A stretch of 64,000 bases of DNA from Chlorokybus atmophyticus (taxonomy: Eukaryota > Plantae > Mesostigma and Chlorokybus algae): assembly GCA_009103225.1 (NCBI GenBank), contig RHPI01002272.1, forward strand, positions 126,417 through 190,416, in the 5' to 3' direction. Below, one piece after another: positions 23,305-33,749 of this stretch (position 1 is the stretch's first letter; the number at the start of each line of letters is the position of its first letter). The notes below the pieces were generated by a model. The model ran no database searches. It was not told where the DNA came from and saw nothing but the letters and a program-made list of their open reading frames with translations. The position numbers and the translations under genes were made by a program.

Positions 23305-26300
23305 CTCCTCCCCCCCCAGGTGAGCTTCGTCCTCGAAGCTCGCGAGGGTGTCGTCGAGCAAGATAGGCACGCACAACGTCTTGAGCATTAGTCAAGTGTG
23401 CCTCTGGCTCCCAGGATGCTTCATGCAACGGATAGCCCTTCCATTTCACTAAGAACTTGCGTACGCCATGCACAAACTTCTCACCAAGGATGTCTTCTAC
23501 CTCCCACTCGGGTTCACCGTCTGTGCCAACTTCGGGGGGTGGCCTTTCTGGCGGTTGTCCTCGATATGCTTTCAGAAGGGAGACGTGAAAAACGGGGTGC
23601 ACACGCATGGTGTCGGGTAGCTCCAACTTGTACGCCACGTCCGAGATAACTTTGCTGACCTTAAATGGTCCCAACCAGCGTTCATTCAGCTTGCGAACTC
23701 CCGTACGCACCTGGACGTGCTTCGCGGAGAGTAACACAATGTCGCCTTCCTGAAACGTGAGGTGTCGGCGATGCGCGTCCGCGTACTGCTTCTGCCGATT
23801 TTGTGCCACCAATAACGCATCCCTAGCTGCCTTGTTAATGTCCGCGCACTTTGTAAGGAAGTCATTAGCTGCCTCCACACGCACGTCATGTCGTCGCGGT
23901 GTCCATGCCGTCAACGGTGTCAATGGATGTTGCCCGTAGTTCATAAGGAAGGGAGTGACACCTGTGCTTGCATTGTGGTGGTTGTTGATCGCAAACTCAA
24001 CCAACTCAAGCAGCTCCTCCCAATTGTCTTGTCGCGCGTTAACGTAGCAACGCAGCATGTCCTCGATCACACGGTTGGCCCGCTCCGTTTGCCCATCAGT
24101 TTGCGGGTGGAATGCCGTGCTAAACTTCAGTGTGGTACCCAGTGCACTATGCAGCGCCTCCCAAAACTTACTTGTAAAGCGCGGGTCGCGATCACTCACA
24201 ATGCTTCGTGGTAATCCATGAGAACGAAATACATGCTTCACGAACAAGCGTGCTGCCTCCGGTGCCGTGCAAGACTCACTACACGGTGCCAAGCGTACCA
24301 TTTTGCTGGTTTTATCGACGAACACAAGTATAGCGTCGTACCCTTCTTTTGTCTTTGGTAGCCCCGTGATAAAGTCCATGGTAACTTGCTCCCACTTGGA
24401 CAATGGCACAGGGAGAGGTTGCAGCAACCCACCTGGCTTTTGGTTGCTTGCCTTCACCCTTTGGCATGCGTCGCACAACGCCACGTAGTCGCGCACATCG
24501 CGATGCATCTCTCGCCAGTAAAAACGCTGTTTTAAGCTTGCTAAAGTCCTTTCCAACCCTTGGTGACCAGCAATGGGCACGTCATGAGCTTCCTTCAGCA
24601 ACTTCACACGGATATGCGCGACGTTGGGGATGTACAACCGCCCATGGTGCCACAGCAGCCCGTCGCGCATTGACCAGTGCCCACTGGTGTCCGTAGCTGT
24701 ATTTTTCAGCTCTTGCAACACTTTCATACCCTCCGTGTCTTCACGAAGCACTTGCCGAATCTGGTCGGTCCACTCGGGCTGCACTTGAGCGAGTGCCTCA
24801 ACTGCATTAAGCCGGCTCAGCGCGTCAGCAACACCATTTGATGTACCGGGCTTATACTTGATATCGAAGTCAAAAAGTTGAAAGAACTCAAGCCATCGAG
24901 CTTGTCTGCGACTCAGATGAGGTTGTGTTTGTAAGTACCTCAGTGGAGAGTGATCCGTCTCAAGCACGAACTTTTTGCCTTCCAGAAAACAACGCCATTG
25001 TCGTAGCGCCATGACTTGCGCTAAAAGTTCCTTCTCGTGCACGGGGTAATTCAGCTCCGCACCACTCATCTTCTTGCTGAAGAATGCTACTGGTTGAAGG
25101 CCGTTGCCATGGTCTTGCTGCAAAACAGCTCCTACGGCTGTGTCGGACGCGTCGCAAGCCAAAATAAATGTCTTTTCCATGTTGGGGTGAGCCAGGACTG
25201 GTGCCTCCGTCAGCGCCTTCTTCAACGCAGCAAATGCATGTTCCTCTGTTGCTGACCAGCTCCAATGCTTTCCCTTCTTGAGTAGGGTAGTCAAGGGAGC
25301 AGCTATGCGCGAAAACCCCATGATAAACTTGCGATAATACCCCGCAAGGCCTAAAAAGGACATCACCTCCTTTACATTGGTCGGGGCAGCCCACTCGCGC
25401 ACCACCTGCACTTTGTTGGGGTCCGGCTTGATGCCTTCATGCGACACAATGTGGCCTAGGTACTCCACCTCTCGAAGCAAGAATTTGCACTTCTGTAGCT
25501 GGGCGTACAACTTGTGTTCGCGCAAACGCTGCAACACGCGCCGTAGAAGTGCCACGTGCTCCTCCTTTGTTGTCGCGTACACCAAAATGTCGTCGAGGTA
25601 CACGAGGACTCCCTTACCAATCAAGTCAGCAAAAACGCTGTTCATAAGCGTTTGAAATGTTGCCGGTGCGTTCGTAAGTCCGAAGGACATGACCAACCAC
25701 TCGTAGTGCCCATAACGTGTGTTAAAAGCTGTTTTCTCCACATCCTCGGGCGCGATGCGAATTTGGTGATAACCTCCAGCAAGATCAAGTGTTGTGAAGT
25801 ACTGCGCACCTTGCAATTGCTCCAGCAACTCGTCGATACGTGGGAGTGGAAAGCAATTCCTCTTCGTGATGTTGTTGAGAGCTCGGTAGTCGACGCACAT
25901 GCGCAAGCTCCCGTTCTTCTTTCGTACAAACAAAATAGGTGCACCATAGGGGGACTTACTAGGCCTGATGTAGCCTCTTTTCAGCAAGTCCGCCACCTGC
26001 CTCTCGGCCTCTTCCAGCTCCAAAGGTGACAACTTGTATACGGGTCGATACGGTGGCTTGTGCACGCCCTCAATCAGCTCCACACGGTGGTCTACGCTCC
26101 GTGGAGGTGGTAGACCAGATGGAAGTCCGTCCACCATGATATCTTGGTATTCTTTAACAAGTTTACACACCTCGGGGTCCATAGTAGCCGTCTGAACATC
26201 GTCACTCAGCTCCGGTGCTGACTTTGCAGTGTTTTCGCGCACCACGCACAACCATGCAGCCTTTGCCTTCCGTGGAGACAATAACTTCCTCAATTGCACA

Positions 26301-26905
26301 TAAGAGATCTGGGCAATTGTCGTACCACCTAATTGTGCGTGCCGCGCCTCGATGACGTCCGATGCAGCTTGAATGGACTCTCCACCGTTTCGCTCGATGG
26401 TGAGCACGCGCTTCCTCCAATTGATGGCTGGATTATGTTGCCATAGCCACGGTAGTCCCAAAATCCCATCAAACCCGTTCCGTAGGGTGATGCAGCAAAA
26501 TCGCATGCTCTCCTTCATCTTCCCAATGCGAACGCACAACTCTTTGGTCATAAACGCAGCGCCATCACCTCCAGAGGGTGGCTCTCCATCAGCGAGCTTC
26601 ACTTCACCTCCTCGTAATGACGAAAGCCAACCGTAACGCCGCGCGATATCAATACTCATGAAGTTGCTGTTGGCACCGCTATCAATCATGAGCTTACACT
26701 CTCTCCATCGTCCTTGGTCATCGCAAATGTGTGCTCGAAGCCCGAAGTACTTTGTTGTCTCCTCGTTTGCATAACTCACCACCATTGGCGCGTTCAAAGC
26801 CATCTCTTCTTGCTTCTTTAATGGAAATGTCACAGCATCCGTCCGTGCATGAGGCTCCTTCCTATCCCCAGCAGTAGCCTCCTCACCTACTGGGGGAAGT
26901 CGTTT
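23300..26905 (-). CDS. pol: Gypsy-1 Pol: protease, RT, RNase H, integrase, chromodomain
   Basis: LMIDSGA, RMCVDYRALN, YLDD, ILACDAS, HDVPIAGH...CDAC, MDFITGLP, FHPQTDGQTER, and C-terminal EWEVEDIL...FLVKWKGYPLHEASWEP. Open frame, -1 relative to gag. Confidence 0.97.
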   Translation of the reverse strand, partial: KRLPPVGEEATAGDRKEPHARTDAVTFPLKKQEEMALNAPMVVSYANEETTKYFGLRAHICDDQGRWRECKLMIDSGANSNFMSIDIARRYGWLSSLRGGEVKLADGEPPSGGDGAAFMTKELCVRIGKMKESMRFCCITLRNGFDGILGLPWLWQHNPAINWRKRVLTIERNGGESIQAASDVIEARHAQLGGTTIAQISYVQLRKLLSPRKAKAAWLCVVRENTAKSAPELSDDVQTATMDPEVCKLVKEYQDIMVDGLPSGLPPPRSVDHRVELIEGVHKPPYRPVYKLSPLELEEAERQVADLLKRGYIRPSKSPYGAPILFVRKKNGSLRMCVDYRALNNITKRNCFPLPRIDELLEQLQGAQYFTTLDLAGGYHQIRIAPEDVEKTAFNTRYGHYEWLVMSFGLTNAPATFQTLMNSVFADLIGKGVLVYLDDILVYATTKEEHVALLRRVLQRLREHKLYAQLQKCKFLLREVEYLGHIVSHEGIKPDPNKVQVVREWAAPTNVKEVMSFLGLAGYYRKFIMGFSRIAAPLTTLLKKGKHWSWSATEEHAFAALKKALTEAPVLAHPNMEKTFILACDASDTAVGAVLQQDHGNGLQPVAFFSKKMSGAELNYPVHEKELLAQVMALRQWRCFLEGKKFVLETDHSPLRYLQTQPHLSRRQARWLEFFQLFDFDIKYKPGTSNGVADALSRLNAVEALAQVQPEWTDQIRQVLREDTEGMKVLQELKNTATDTSGHWSMRDGLLWHHGRLYIPNVAHIRVKLLKEAHDVPIAGHQGLERTLASLKQRFYWREMHRDVRDYVALCDACQRVKASNQKPGGLLQPLPVPLSKWEQVTMDFITGLPKTKEGYDAILVFVDKTSKMVRLAPCSESCTAPEAARLFVKHVFRSHGLPRSIVSDRDPRFTSKFWEALHSALGTTLKFSTAFHPQTDGQTERANRVIEDMLRCYVNARQDNWEELLELVEFAINNHHNASTGVTPFLMNYGQHPLTPLTAWTPRRHDVRVEAANDFLTKCADINKAARDALLVAQNRQKQYADAHRRHLTFQEGDIVLLSAKHVQVRTGVRKLNERWLGPFKVSKVISDVAYKLELPDTMRVHPVFHVSLLKAYRGQPPERPPPEVGTDGEPEWEVEDILGEKFVHGVRKFLVKWKGYPLHEASWEPEAHLTNAQDVVRAYLARRHPRELRGRSSPGGGGV

Positions 26906-26908
26906 TCC
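26866..26908 (-). promoter_or_regulatory. Candidate -1 ribosomal frameshift signal (G_GAA_AAC plus a downstream hairpin)
   Basis: Heptamer at 26908-26902 in gag phase, 6-nt spacer, stem CCCC-AGTAG / CTACT-(GCT)-GGGG containing the gag stop. Confidence 0.7.
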
Positions 26909-27915
26909 TGCTCCACGCCATTTTGCTCCATGGTGTTGACGCGACGATCACGGCGAGGGTTGCCATCCGGTGTTGGCCTTTGCGTGCTTCGTTTGGGGCA
27001 TCCGTACGCCAAATGCTCCGTCGACCCACACGCATAACACTTGCGCACACCTTTACCTCTTTCACCACGTCCGCCGTGCTTCGCCTCACTTCCATGCGTG
27101 TGTATGGCACCCACCTCCATTGGTGCAGGCCCAGAGTCAGCTCCACCTCCATTGGCAAGTGCTGAACTTGGTTCTCCTCGTCTCCATGCATGTTGAAAGC
27201 CTCCCCGGGGCTGATCACCATGCCTTTGCCTCCAGTCAGTGTTTCTTGTGGTGGACTTGAAGTACAACGCGTCGAGACGCTCCGCGATGCGTATAGCCTC
27301 CGCGAGTGTCTTCGGGTCCCGTAGCTCCACTTCTTTACGCCCCAAAGGTTTTAAACCACGTGTATACCTGTCCAACTGCTCCTCCTCGGTCATATTGGGT
27401 ATGGACATCACCAATCGCTGAAACGCGGCCGTGTACGCCATCACCGACCCCATTTGCACAAGGGCTGCAAGTTTGTCGCGTGCGGCCTTCACGCTCTCAA
27501 CGGGAACAAATTGATGCCTGACCTCCAGTGCCAACTCTTCCATGGTGGTCAATGGTAGCGCCAACCCGTTTGCAACACGCGTACATCGATGCCTCCACCA
27601 CACAAGTGCTGCACCTTCAAGCAATGTCGCTGCAACCTCCACGTGCAGATGCGTGGGCACCTCCGTGAGCTTCAACCAAGACGATACTTGAAAAATCCAT
27701 TCATCCACTGCATCTCCATCACGTTGACCCCTGAATGGCTTGGGCTTTGGCACCTTCACATGCACGCGCGAGCTTGATGCCATGGGAATTTGTACACGCG
27801 CCATCGCATGCTCATACGCCTCGCGTTGTGCTTGTGCCGCCGCTTGAGTGTGATGAAGCTCTTCCCTCAGTGCCAAGATGGCAGCTTGAAGCTCTTCCAT
27901 GCGAGCATCCTCCAT
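26887..27915 (-). CDS. gag: Gypsy-1 Gag
   Basis: PKPFRG...VDEWIFQV, LVQMGSVMAYTAAF, YTRGLKP, zinc knuckle CYACGSTEHLAYGC. Confidence 0.95.
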   Translation of the reverse strand: MEDARMEELQAAILALREELHHTQAAAQAQREAYEHAMARVQIPMASSSRVHVKVPKPKPFRGQRDGDAVDEWIFQVSSWLKLTEVPTHLHVEVAATLLEGAALVWWRHRCTRVANGLALPLTTMEELALEVRHQFVPVESVKAARDKLAALVQMGSVMAYTAAFQRLVMSIPNMTEEEQLDRYTRGLKPLGRKEVELRDPKTLAEAIRIAERLDALYFKSTTRNTDWRQRHGDQPRGGFQHAWRRGEPSSALANGGGADSGPAPMEVGAIHTHGSEAKHGGRGERGKGVRKCYACGSTEHLAYGCPKRSTQRPTPDGNPRRDRRVNTMEQNGVEQENDFPQ

Positions 27916-28009
27916 CTCCACTAACACACTACACTCCGCTTCCGAATGAAAAGTGTAAACGCCCACACACTTCCTCTCTCACCTTCGTAAACCGTGCTCC
28001 GATACCAGT

Positions 28010-28679
28010 TGTGACGGTGCTCGTGCCTTGTCACCTGTGAGTTGGTCCAATCCACAACCCTCTCACCAAGACACGGTATTCACACCGGAACCTTGCCCCC
28101 TCTCCAAGCACACACGCGCGCCCCGCCACTCGCGTACGCTCGCGCATGCGCTCGAAGCTACACACCGACTTGTGTAGCGCCTTGGATCGTCACACAAGCA
28201 AGCACACACCGGTGGACACACGCTAGCAACCCCTGCTAACCACCACCAAGCTTGCACACAAGAAACTAGGGAGTAAAGGTTGTATTGCAAATTGTAGAAT
28301 GTCACTTTTATACCTACCAGTCTGCACATGCTACTGTCTAGACGATTCTAGCGCTAGACGGAACTAGAAGCTGAGATATTCTTGCAGAATCTTGTAGTAC
28401 ACTTCTAGACCTTTCCAACGCACCAAAGATCTCCTAATTTGCTGCTCATATGGTCAAGTTATACTACTTGGCGCCAGGCCCTTCCAGAAATCTGGTCGAG
28501 CCCTTCTCGACTGGCCCTCCGTTTTCTGGCACCTTCCGGACTGGTCTTGGGGCCCCAGTCGATATCCGCGGCAGACTCATAACTCGCCGATATCCGCCAC
28601 AAGTCATTAAAAACATGTACCTTACAAATAAGGCCTAAAACGGCCATGAAAATCACAGAATTTGGCCTTGATTGTTACA
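28010..28679 (-). repeat. Gypsy-1 5' LTR (670 bp)
   Basis: Direct repeat of 22633-23304, adjacent to the PBS. Confidence 0.95.
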
Positions 28680-28684
28680 TTGTG

Positions 28685-29154
28685 TTGGTGCTCGTTGCCG
28701 CTGTTGCTGGTGCTTGCTTTAGGTTGCCCCTGCTGTTTCTTCCTACAGTCCTTCACAATGTGCCCCTTCCAACCACACCAATGGCATGTGAGGTCTTTGT
28801 GACGAGGATTGCCTGGCTTGTTGCCCTTGTACTTCTCTTCATGGTTGCTCTTCTTTGCGTGCTTGCCGGTGTAGAAGGCGACGGCATCCGCTTGCTCGTC
28901 CTTCTTCACAACCCTCTGCTCCACGGTGAGCAGCTTCGGTAGCACATCGTCCAACGTCAACTCCGATGATAACGTCTCCAGCAGGGTTGCGACGACCTCG
29001 TACTCTGCTGGTAGCCCTGCAACAATGGCCAGCACTACCTCCGTCTCCCCCATGTTGTGGCCGACGTTGATGAGGTCCGCCCACAGCTCTCTCGCGCGCG
29101 CAACATACTTTGTGATGGGTTCTGCTGCCTCCTTCCTGAGTGCGCTGAGCTGCT
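28685..29154 (-). pseudogene. gag: Copia-1 gag middle fragment
   Basis: QLSALRKEAAEPITKY...CHWCGWKGHIVKDC, lying between Gypsy-1 and Copia-2. Confidence 0.93.
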
Positions 29155-29579
29155 TGTCGAGAGTCATTCCTACATACGATCAGCATCGACCCTCCACACC
29201 AAAGTAGAATGTCGTAAGGACGAGCACTAGGTCCGGACTTAGCAAGATGGCGTCGTCGGACCAGACTCCGGACTCCAGACAGGAGCCTTACTAACTGCTT
29301 CGTATCTCCGCGTATACTTACTTATATTAGGCGTGTGAGAGCTTGTTGGAAAGCTCTAGTTGTAAGCAAGACAACACAGCTTAGAGCGCGTTAAAAGGCT
29401 AAGTATAGCTTACGCAGTGCTTGCAAACGTAGACGTGTGTGTAACTGGCTGGTATAAGAACCAGCGGACAACTTGTAATAGATGAATGTGATGTGACTTG
29501 TGTATGCTCTGGTGGCAGTAGCTCTGTCTCTGTGCATCCATGCTTGCCTCAGCTACATGTGCATGCTAGTCCTTCAACA
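29155..29579 (+). repeat. Copia-2 5' LTR
   Basis: TGTCGA...TCAACA; about 20 differences from the 3' LTR by hand count. Confidence 0.95.
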
Positions 29580-29592
29580 GGTTATGGGCCCA
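29580..29592 (+). other. Primer-binding site GGTTATGGGCCCA (half initiator-tRNA-Met type)
   Basis: Immediately follows the 5' LTR; the same site occurs on the minus strand at 52841-52829 and 59597-59585. Matches the PBS type known from copia, Ty5 and Osser. Confidence 0.85.
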
Positions 29593-29708
29593 CACTACGC
29601 TTGAGGAGTGTGAGACTAGCTTGTGTGCATTAGTAGTTGTACACTACGGTAGCTTGTTGATAGCAGAGCCTTGGGTGTCAACCGCAAGAAAAGGCAGGCA
29701 CGACAAAG

Positions 29709-30947
29709 ATGGAGGCGACCTACGACAAGGGGCAAATTGCAAAGCTTGACACCGACAACTACAACACATGGTGCGTGAAGATGAAGGCCTTGCTCATCCA
29801 CAAGAAGGTGTGGAAGTACGTTGATCCGAAGGCACCACCACCAACACCAAGAACGAACACTGTGTGGTCACAGCATTCAGCGGAAGCACACTCTTTGCTT
29901 GTGTTGAACTGCAAACCGCATCACTTTCCCATGCTCACTGCATGTGAAGATGGTAGACAAGCTTGGGAAAAGCTATCAGCCGTTTTCAGAGCCAAGAACA
30001 ATGCTAGAAAGTTGCAGCTACGCAAGCAGCTCAGCGCACTCAGGAAGGAGGCAGCAGAACCCATCACAAAGTATGTTGCGCGCGCGAGAGAGCTGTGGGC
30101 GGACCTCATCAACGTCGGCCACAACATGGGGGAGACGGAGGTAGTGCTGGCCATTGTTGCAGGGCTACCAGCAGAGTACGAGGTCGTCGCAACCCTGCTG
30201 GAGACGTCATCATCGGAGTTGACGTTGGACGATGTGCTACCGAAGCTGCTCACCGTGGAGCAGAGGGTTGTGAAGAAGGACGAGCAAGCGGATGCCGTCG
30301 CCTTCTACACCGGCAAGCACGCAAAGAAGAGCAACCATGAAGAGAAGTACAAGGGCAACAAGCCAGGCAATCCTCGTCACAAAGACCTCACATGCCACTG
30401 GTGTGGTTGGAAGGGGCACATTGTGAAGGACTGTAGGAAGAAACAACAGGGGCAACCTAGAGCAAGCACCAGCAACAGCGGCAACGAGCACCAACACAAG
30501 GAGAAACATGTCGCCTTCACTGCATCCAGTTCGAGGGCGGGCACAGCTTTCTGGGTGGTGGACTCTGGCTGCGATCGTCATCTCACACCAAACAAGGAGG
30601 TGATGGAGGGATACAGGAAGCTGACGTCCACAATTAAGGTGGCGGGCTTCGGTGGCGAAGTATTGGTGGCTGAGGGAGTTGGCAACGTACGACTCCAGTG
30701 CAAGGTTGGTAACACACTACGCGAGGTGTTGTTACGCAACGTCCTGCATGTTCTTAAGGCTATTGCGAGTCTATTCTCTGTGAGGGTTGCGGAGCGCTTA
30801 GGCGCGGAGATCCTATTTCGGAAGGGTGGCTGCACAGTCATCCTTGATGGGGTCGTGCACATGGTTGGAATCGCTGATCCGGGAGGGCTCTACCACGTGG
30901 AGCAGCACCCTAAGGACATTAACATTCAAGCCATGGTGGTGAAGGAC
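29709..30947 (+). pseudogene. gag: Copia-2 gag-protease, cut by CACTA-2
   Basis: Near-identical to the N-terminus of the Copia-3 polyprotein up to VVKD; resumes as KESPTLWHRRFGHL at 48798. Confidence 0.95.
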
Positions 30948-31360
30948 CACCGGTAATTTTGGGACCCCCCGAGTCCTGATTATTCACGCCATCTCGTCTG
31001 AATTAATGACTTGATCCGTTTTACGCCTTCTGTCCGTGAATATCCAATGGTTATTGTACTATCTGTCCCATCCCTGCCAAAAGGAACAGCGTTCTTCACC
31101 CGCAAGACGCATTCATATTCAACGTACATACCACTGAACCTCGTTTCAACCCATACACTTTGAATTTCAAAATGAGTATTTCGTGCATATTCAAGGTCAG
31201 TCAAGTTGTACTTGATGAACGATATGGTACAATGAATTGTCAGTGCCCAAACAGCAGAATAATCACCCAGCGTGTGTGGTACTGGCTACGGCTTGCCGCG
31301 AAAACCCTGAGTCCTAAATACCATTGCATAGTCACCATCATATTCAGGGAACATATAGCA

Positions 31361-31514
31361 TGAAATACACCAAGTCCCAAGTGCCATCGAACATTCAACA
31401 CCACTTGACAAAACTGCCGATGTGAAATTACACCAAGTGCCAAGTGCCATCGAATGTTCAACACCACTTGGCAAAACTGCCGCTGTGAAATTACACTAAG
31501 TCCCAAGTGCCATT
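31361..31514. repeat. Left subterminal tandem repeat, about 63 bp x 2.5
   Basis: tgaaat(t)acaccaagt(c/g)ccaagtgccatcgaa...caaaactgccg repeated head to tail. Confidence 0.9.
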
Positions 31515-31849
31515 GAGAAGGCAAGCATGCTAATGGCTTGCATTCTAAATTCTATTAAGTACAAAGTTAGCTTGGACTACTATTACACAGCTGGCCAATG
31601 AACCTGTGCTTTTGACTACAATTTAGCTATGTACCAACCGCCTGCTACTTCACATCCGCCGTGACGTTTGCTGTGCTGGCATGCTGTCCATGAGTGTTCG
31701 CAGTCGTCTCCTTAAGCTGTCTGCCTCTTTTGGACGAAACCAATCCTTTTGCATCTGCGTTGCACACACCCACACCATCTGGTTGCTCAACACATGTCAA
31801 CCTACACGACTTTGCACTAGGGCAGCTGCCATATGGAGACATTCCAATG

Positions 31850-32720
31850 CATGAGCTGTACCTGCTGAAATATCGGGGCGTTTTGCTCGATTGGACCAGC
31901 TTGTATCCCATCTATAAACTTGTCAAGGTAAACCATGACAAACAGCCCGCACGCAACTCCATCCCTCTGCTGAGGGACCTGCACGAACACGCTATGTCAA
32001 TGCGGGCGAACCAAACGTAGGTGCATCTACATAGGGATTGTGCCGGGAGAGGGTTTGACCTCATCACCAGGCCAAAACAACATGTCCTACCCGTGGATCA
32101 AGTAGCGGGACGTTTGCGGGAGAGAAGCGCTGTTGCGACTCATTTCCATGCTTCCTGCCCCACATATAGTTTAGATAAGCGCGCCTTGGTCCGTCGACAT
32201 TGAGATGTAGACCAAGGGAGTCGAGATGGACGATCAAGGGCGGCGTGTTGCTTCCAAATTCCCCTCCAGGATTGCACACCAGCAGCAGACTCCAGTGAGT
32301 CCTGTGGCATGCAGACTTTACAGTGAGTCCATGCGAGCAAGTACAGCAGCACTACATTGCGAGAACTTGGCTTCACTCTCACCGGCTGTCTGGGTTGACA
32401 ATTGCTGCCAGCAAGTTCTTGGAAAACGGATCGTTCTCCCACCTATCTATCCTGTGATTGCCACTGTGCCATTTATGTTGTTCATGGCAGTGCACAATCT
32501 TGGTGTAGAAGTGCGGGTTGAACAGCCTCACGTGAATGCCTTCAGCTCTGCCCACGACCTCCTCTTCCTTATATCTGCGGGTGCGTGACACATACATGAC
32601 ACAGCTGCACAACACCAACAACGCAAGGCTCATACCTGCAAAAAAAGTGGAGCACGGTGTCGTTGAGCTCCTGTCTGCCGTCCAGCAACTTTCCGTCCGC
32701 TTCAAACACTGGCACCGCAT
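31850..32720 (-). CDS. Ulp1/SENP (peptidase C48) cysteine protease exons
   Basis: ELNDTVLHFFCRY; FNPHFYTKI; HWSLLLVCNPG (His); IVHLDSLG (Asp); VPQQRDGVACGLFV (oxyanion Gln and catalytic Cys, 31978-31937); separated by GT-AG introns. Confidence 0.85.
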
Positions 32721-33179
32721 CACGTGCATTTGCACTAGGGCAAATGAACAGGGGCACAGGTGTTGACGCCTCAACTTCAGCACCCGGCCCGTCCAGCACC
32801 ATGATGTCATCATCGCTGTCCACGAGGTCCACAACTGCTGCAGCCGTTGTGGTTCCCTGACTCGGGTGCTGGCGACGTTCCCCGTTGGCATCCTCATCAT
32901 CAAAATCCATCGGGACTGGCTCTGCAGCGTAAAAAGGTAGGATTATGCAATAAGCGCCGCAAACCAAGAAGCGCCAGCACGTTGCTGCTTACCACTCATA
33001 TCCTCATCCCCGCACTCTTGAACAAAGCTTTTACCCACGCTCTCAGTCGGTGGTTGTGAAACCCTACTGCTGCTGCCCGGCAGAGAACGACGCGCGAGGC
33101 TATCCCTTGGAAGCTGTGCCGGAGCCCCACCTTCTTCGTACGCAGCGCATTGCGAGCATGTGACCGAAAAGATGTTACC

Positions 33180-33518
33180 AACAGCATGACATTAACAGAG
33201 GCTGTTTGGGCATGTCGCGCATACTTGTCGAGCTGGTTCATTGCATCTGTGCACATGGCACCTGCGTTCCAGTGATCATCATTTTAGAACTTGTCGACTT
33301 CAGACACCATGCATTTACTGGATACTGAAGCTTACTTGTGCCTTGGGCATTCCCAATGGCCATCTTCCACAGGTGGTACAGTGACGCAGCGTGCGTGGTA
33401 GCTCTTCCAGCAGCCTTCTGCATCACAGCCAAATATGCTACCGCCATCCTTGCAGACAAAGCAATAGTCTTCGTGTTCACAATTCTCCAATGCATCCAGC
33501 TCTAGCCCCGGTCTCATC
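33180..33518 (-). CDS. PHD finger plus C5HCH-like zinc module (NSD-family-like), in-frame TAA at 33194-33192
   Basis: DYCFVCKDGGSIFGCDAEGCWKSYHARCV...WECPRHK | CHVHRCNEPARQVCATCPNSLC*CH after a phase-2 intron. Confidence 0.8.
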
Positions 33519-33749
33519 CTGCAAACCAAGGTCAGGTGCCCAGATCAGCAGTCACACAACAGTAGGTATATGCAGCATTACAATAGCAAAGAGTACCTCA
33601 TGTACTCAAAATGCCAGTCACGGCGTGTGGTCCACGACACCTCGCTCGAAGCGCTGTTGGTTTCGCTCTGGTCACCCTGCACCATGTGCATGTACAGAAG
33701 ATGGTTGTATGTGATGCCAAGACCCGGGAATTATGAGGACACCCCGATT

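Larger units (their letters stand above)
22633..28679 (-). mobile_element. Gypsy-1, full-length chromovirus-type Ty3/Gypsy inserted in Copia-1
   Basis: LTRs at 22633-23304 and 28010-28679, TSD TTGTG (22628-22632 and 28680-28684), tRNA-Met PBS TGGTATCGGAGC (28007-27996), PPT GGGGGGGAGGAG next to the 3' LTR. Confidence 0.97.

Noticed and set aside
31361-31514. CRISPR array (also considered for 14200-15100 and 48215-48570)
   Set aside because: Head-to-tail or degenerate repeats without unique spacers, no cas genes, and positions match transposon subterminal regions.
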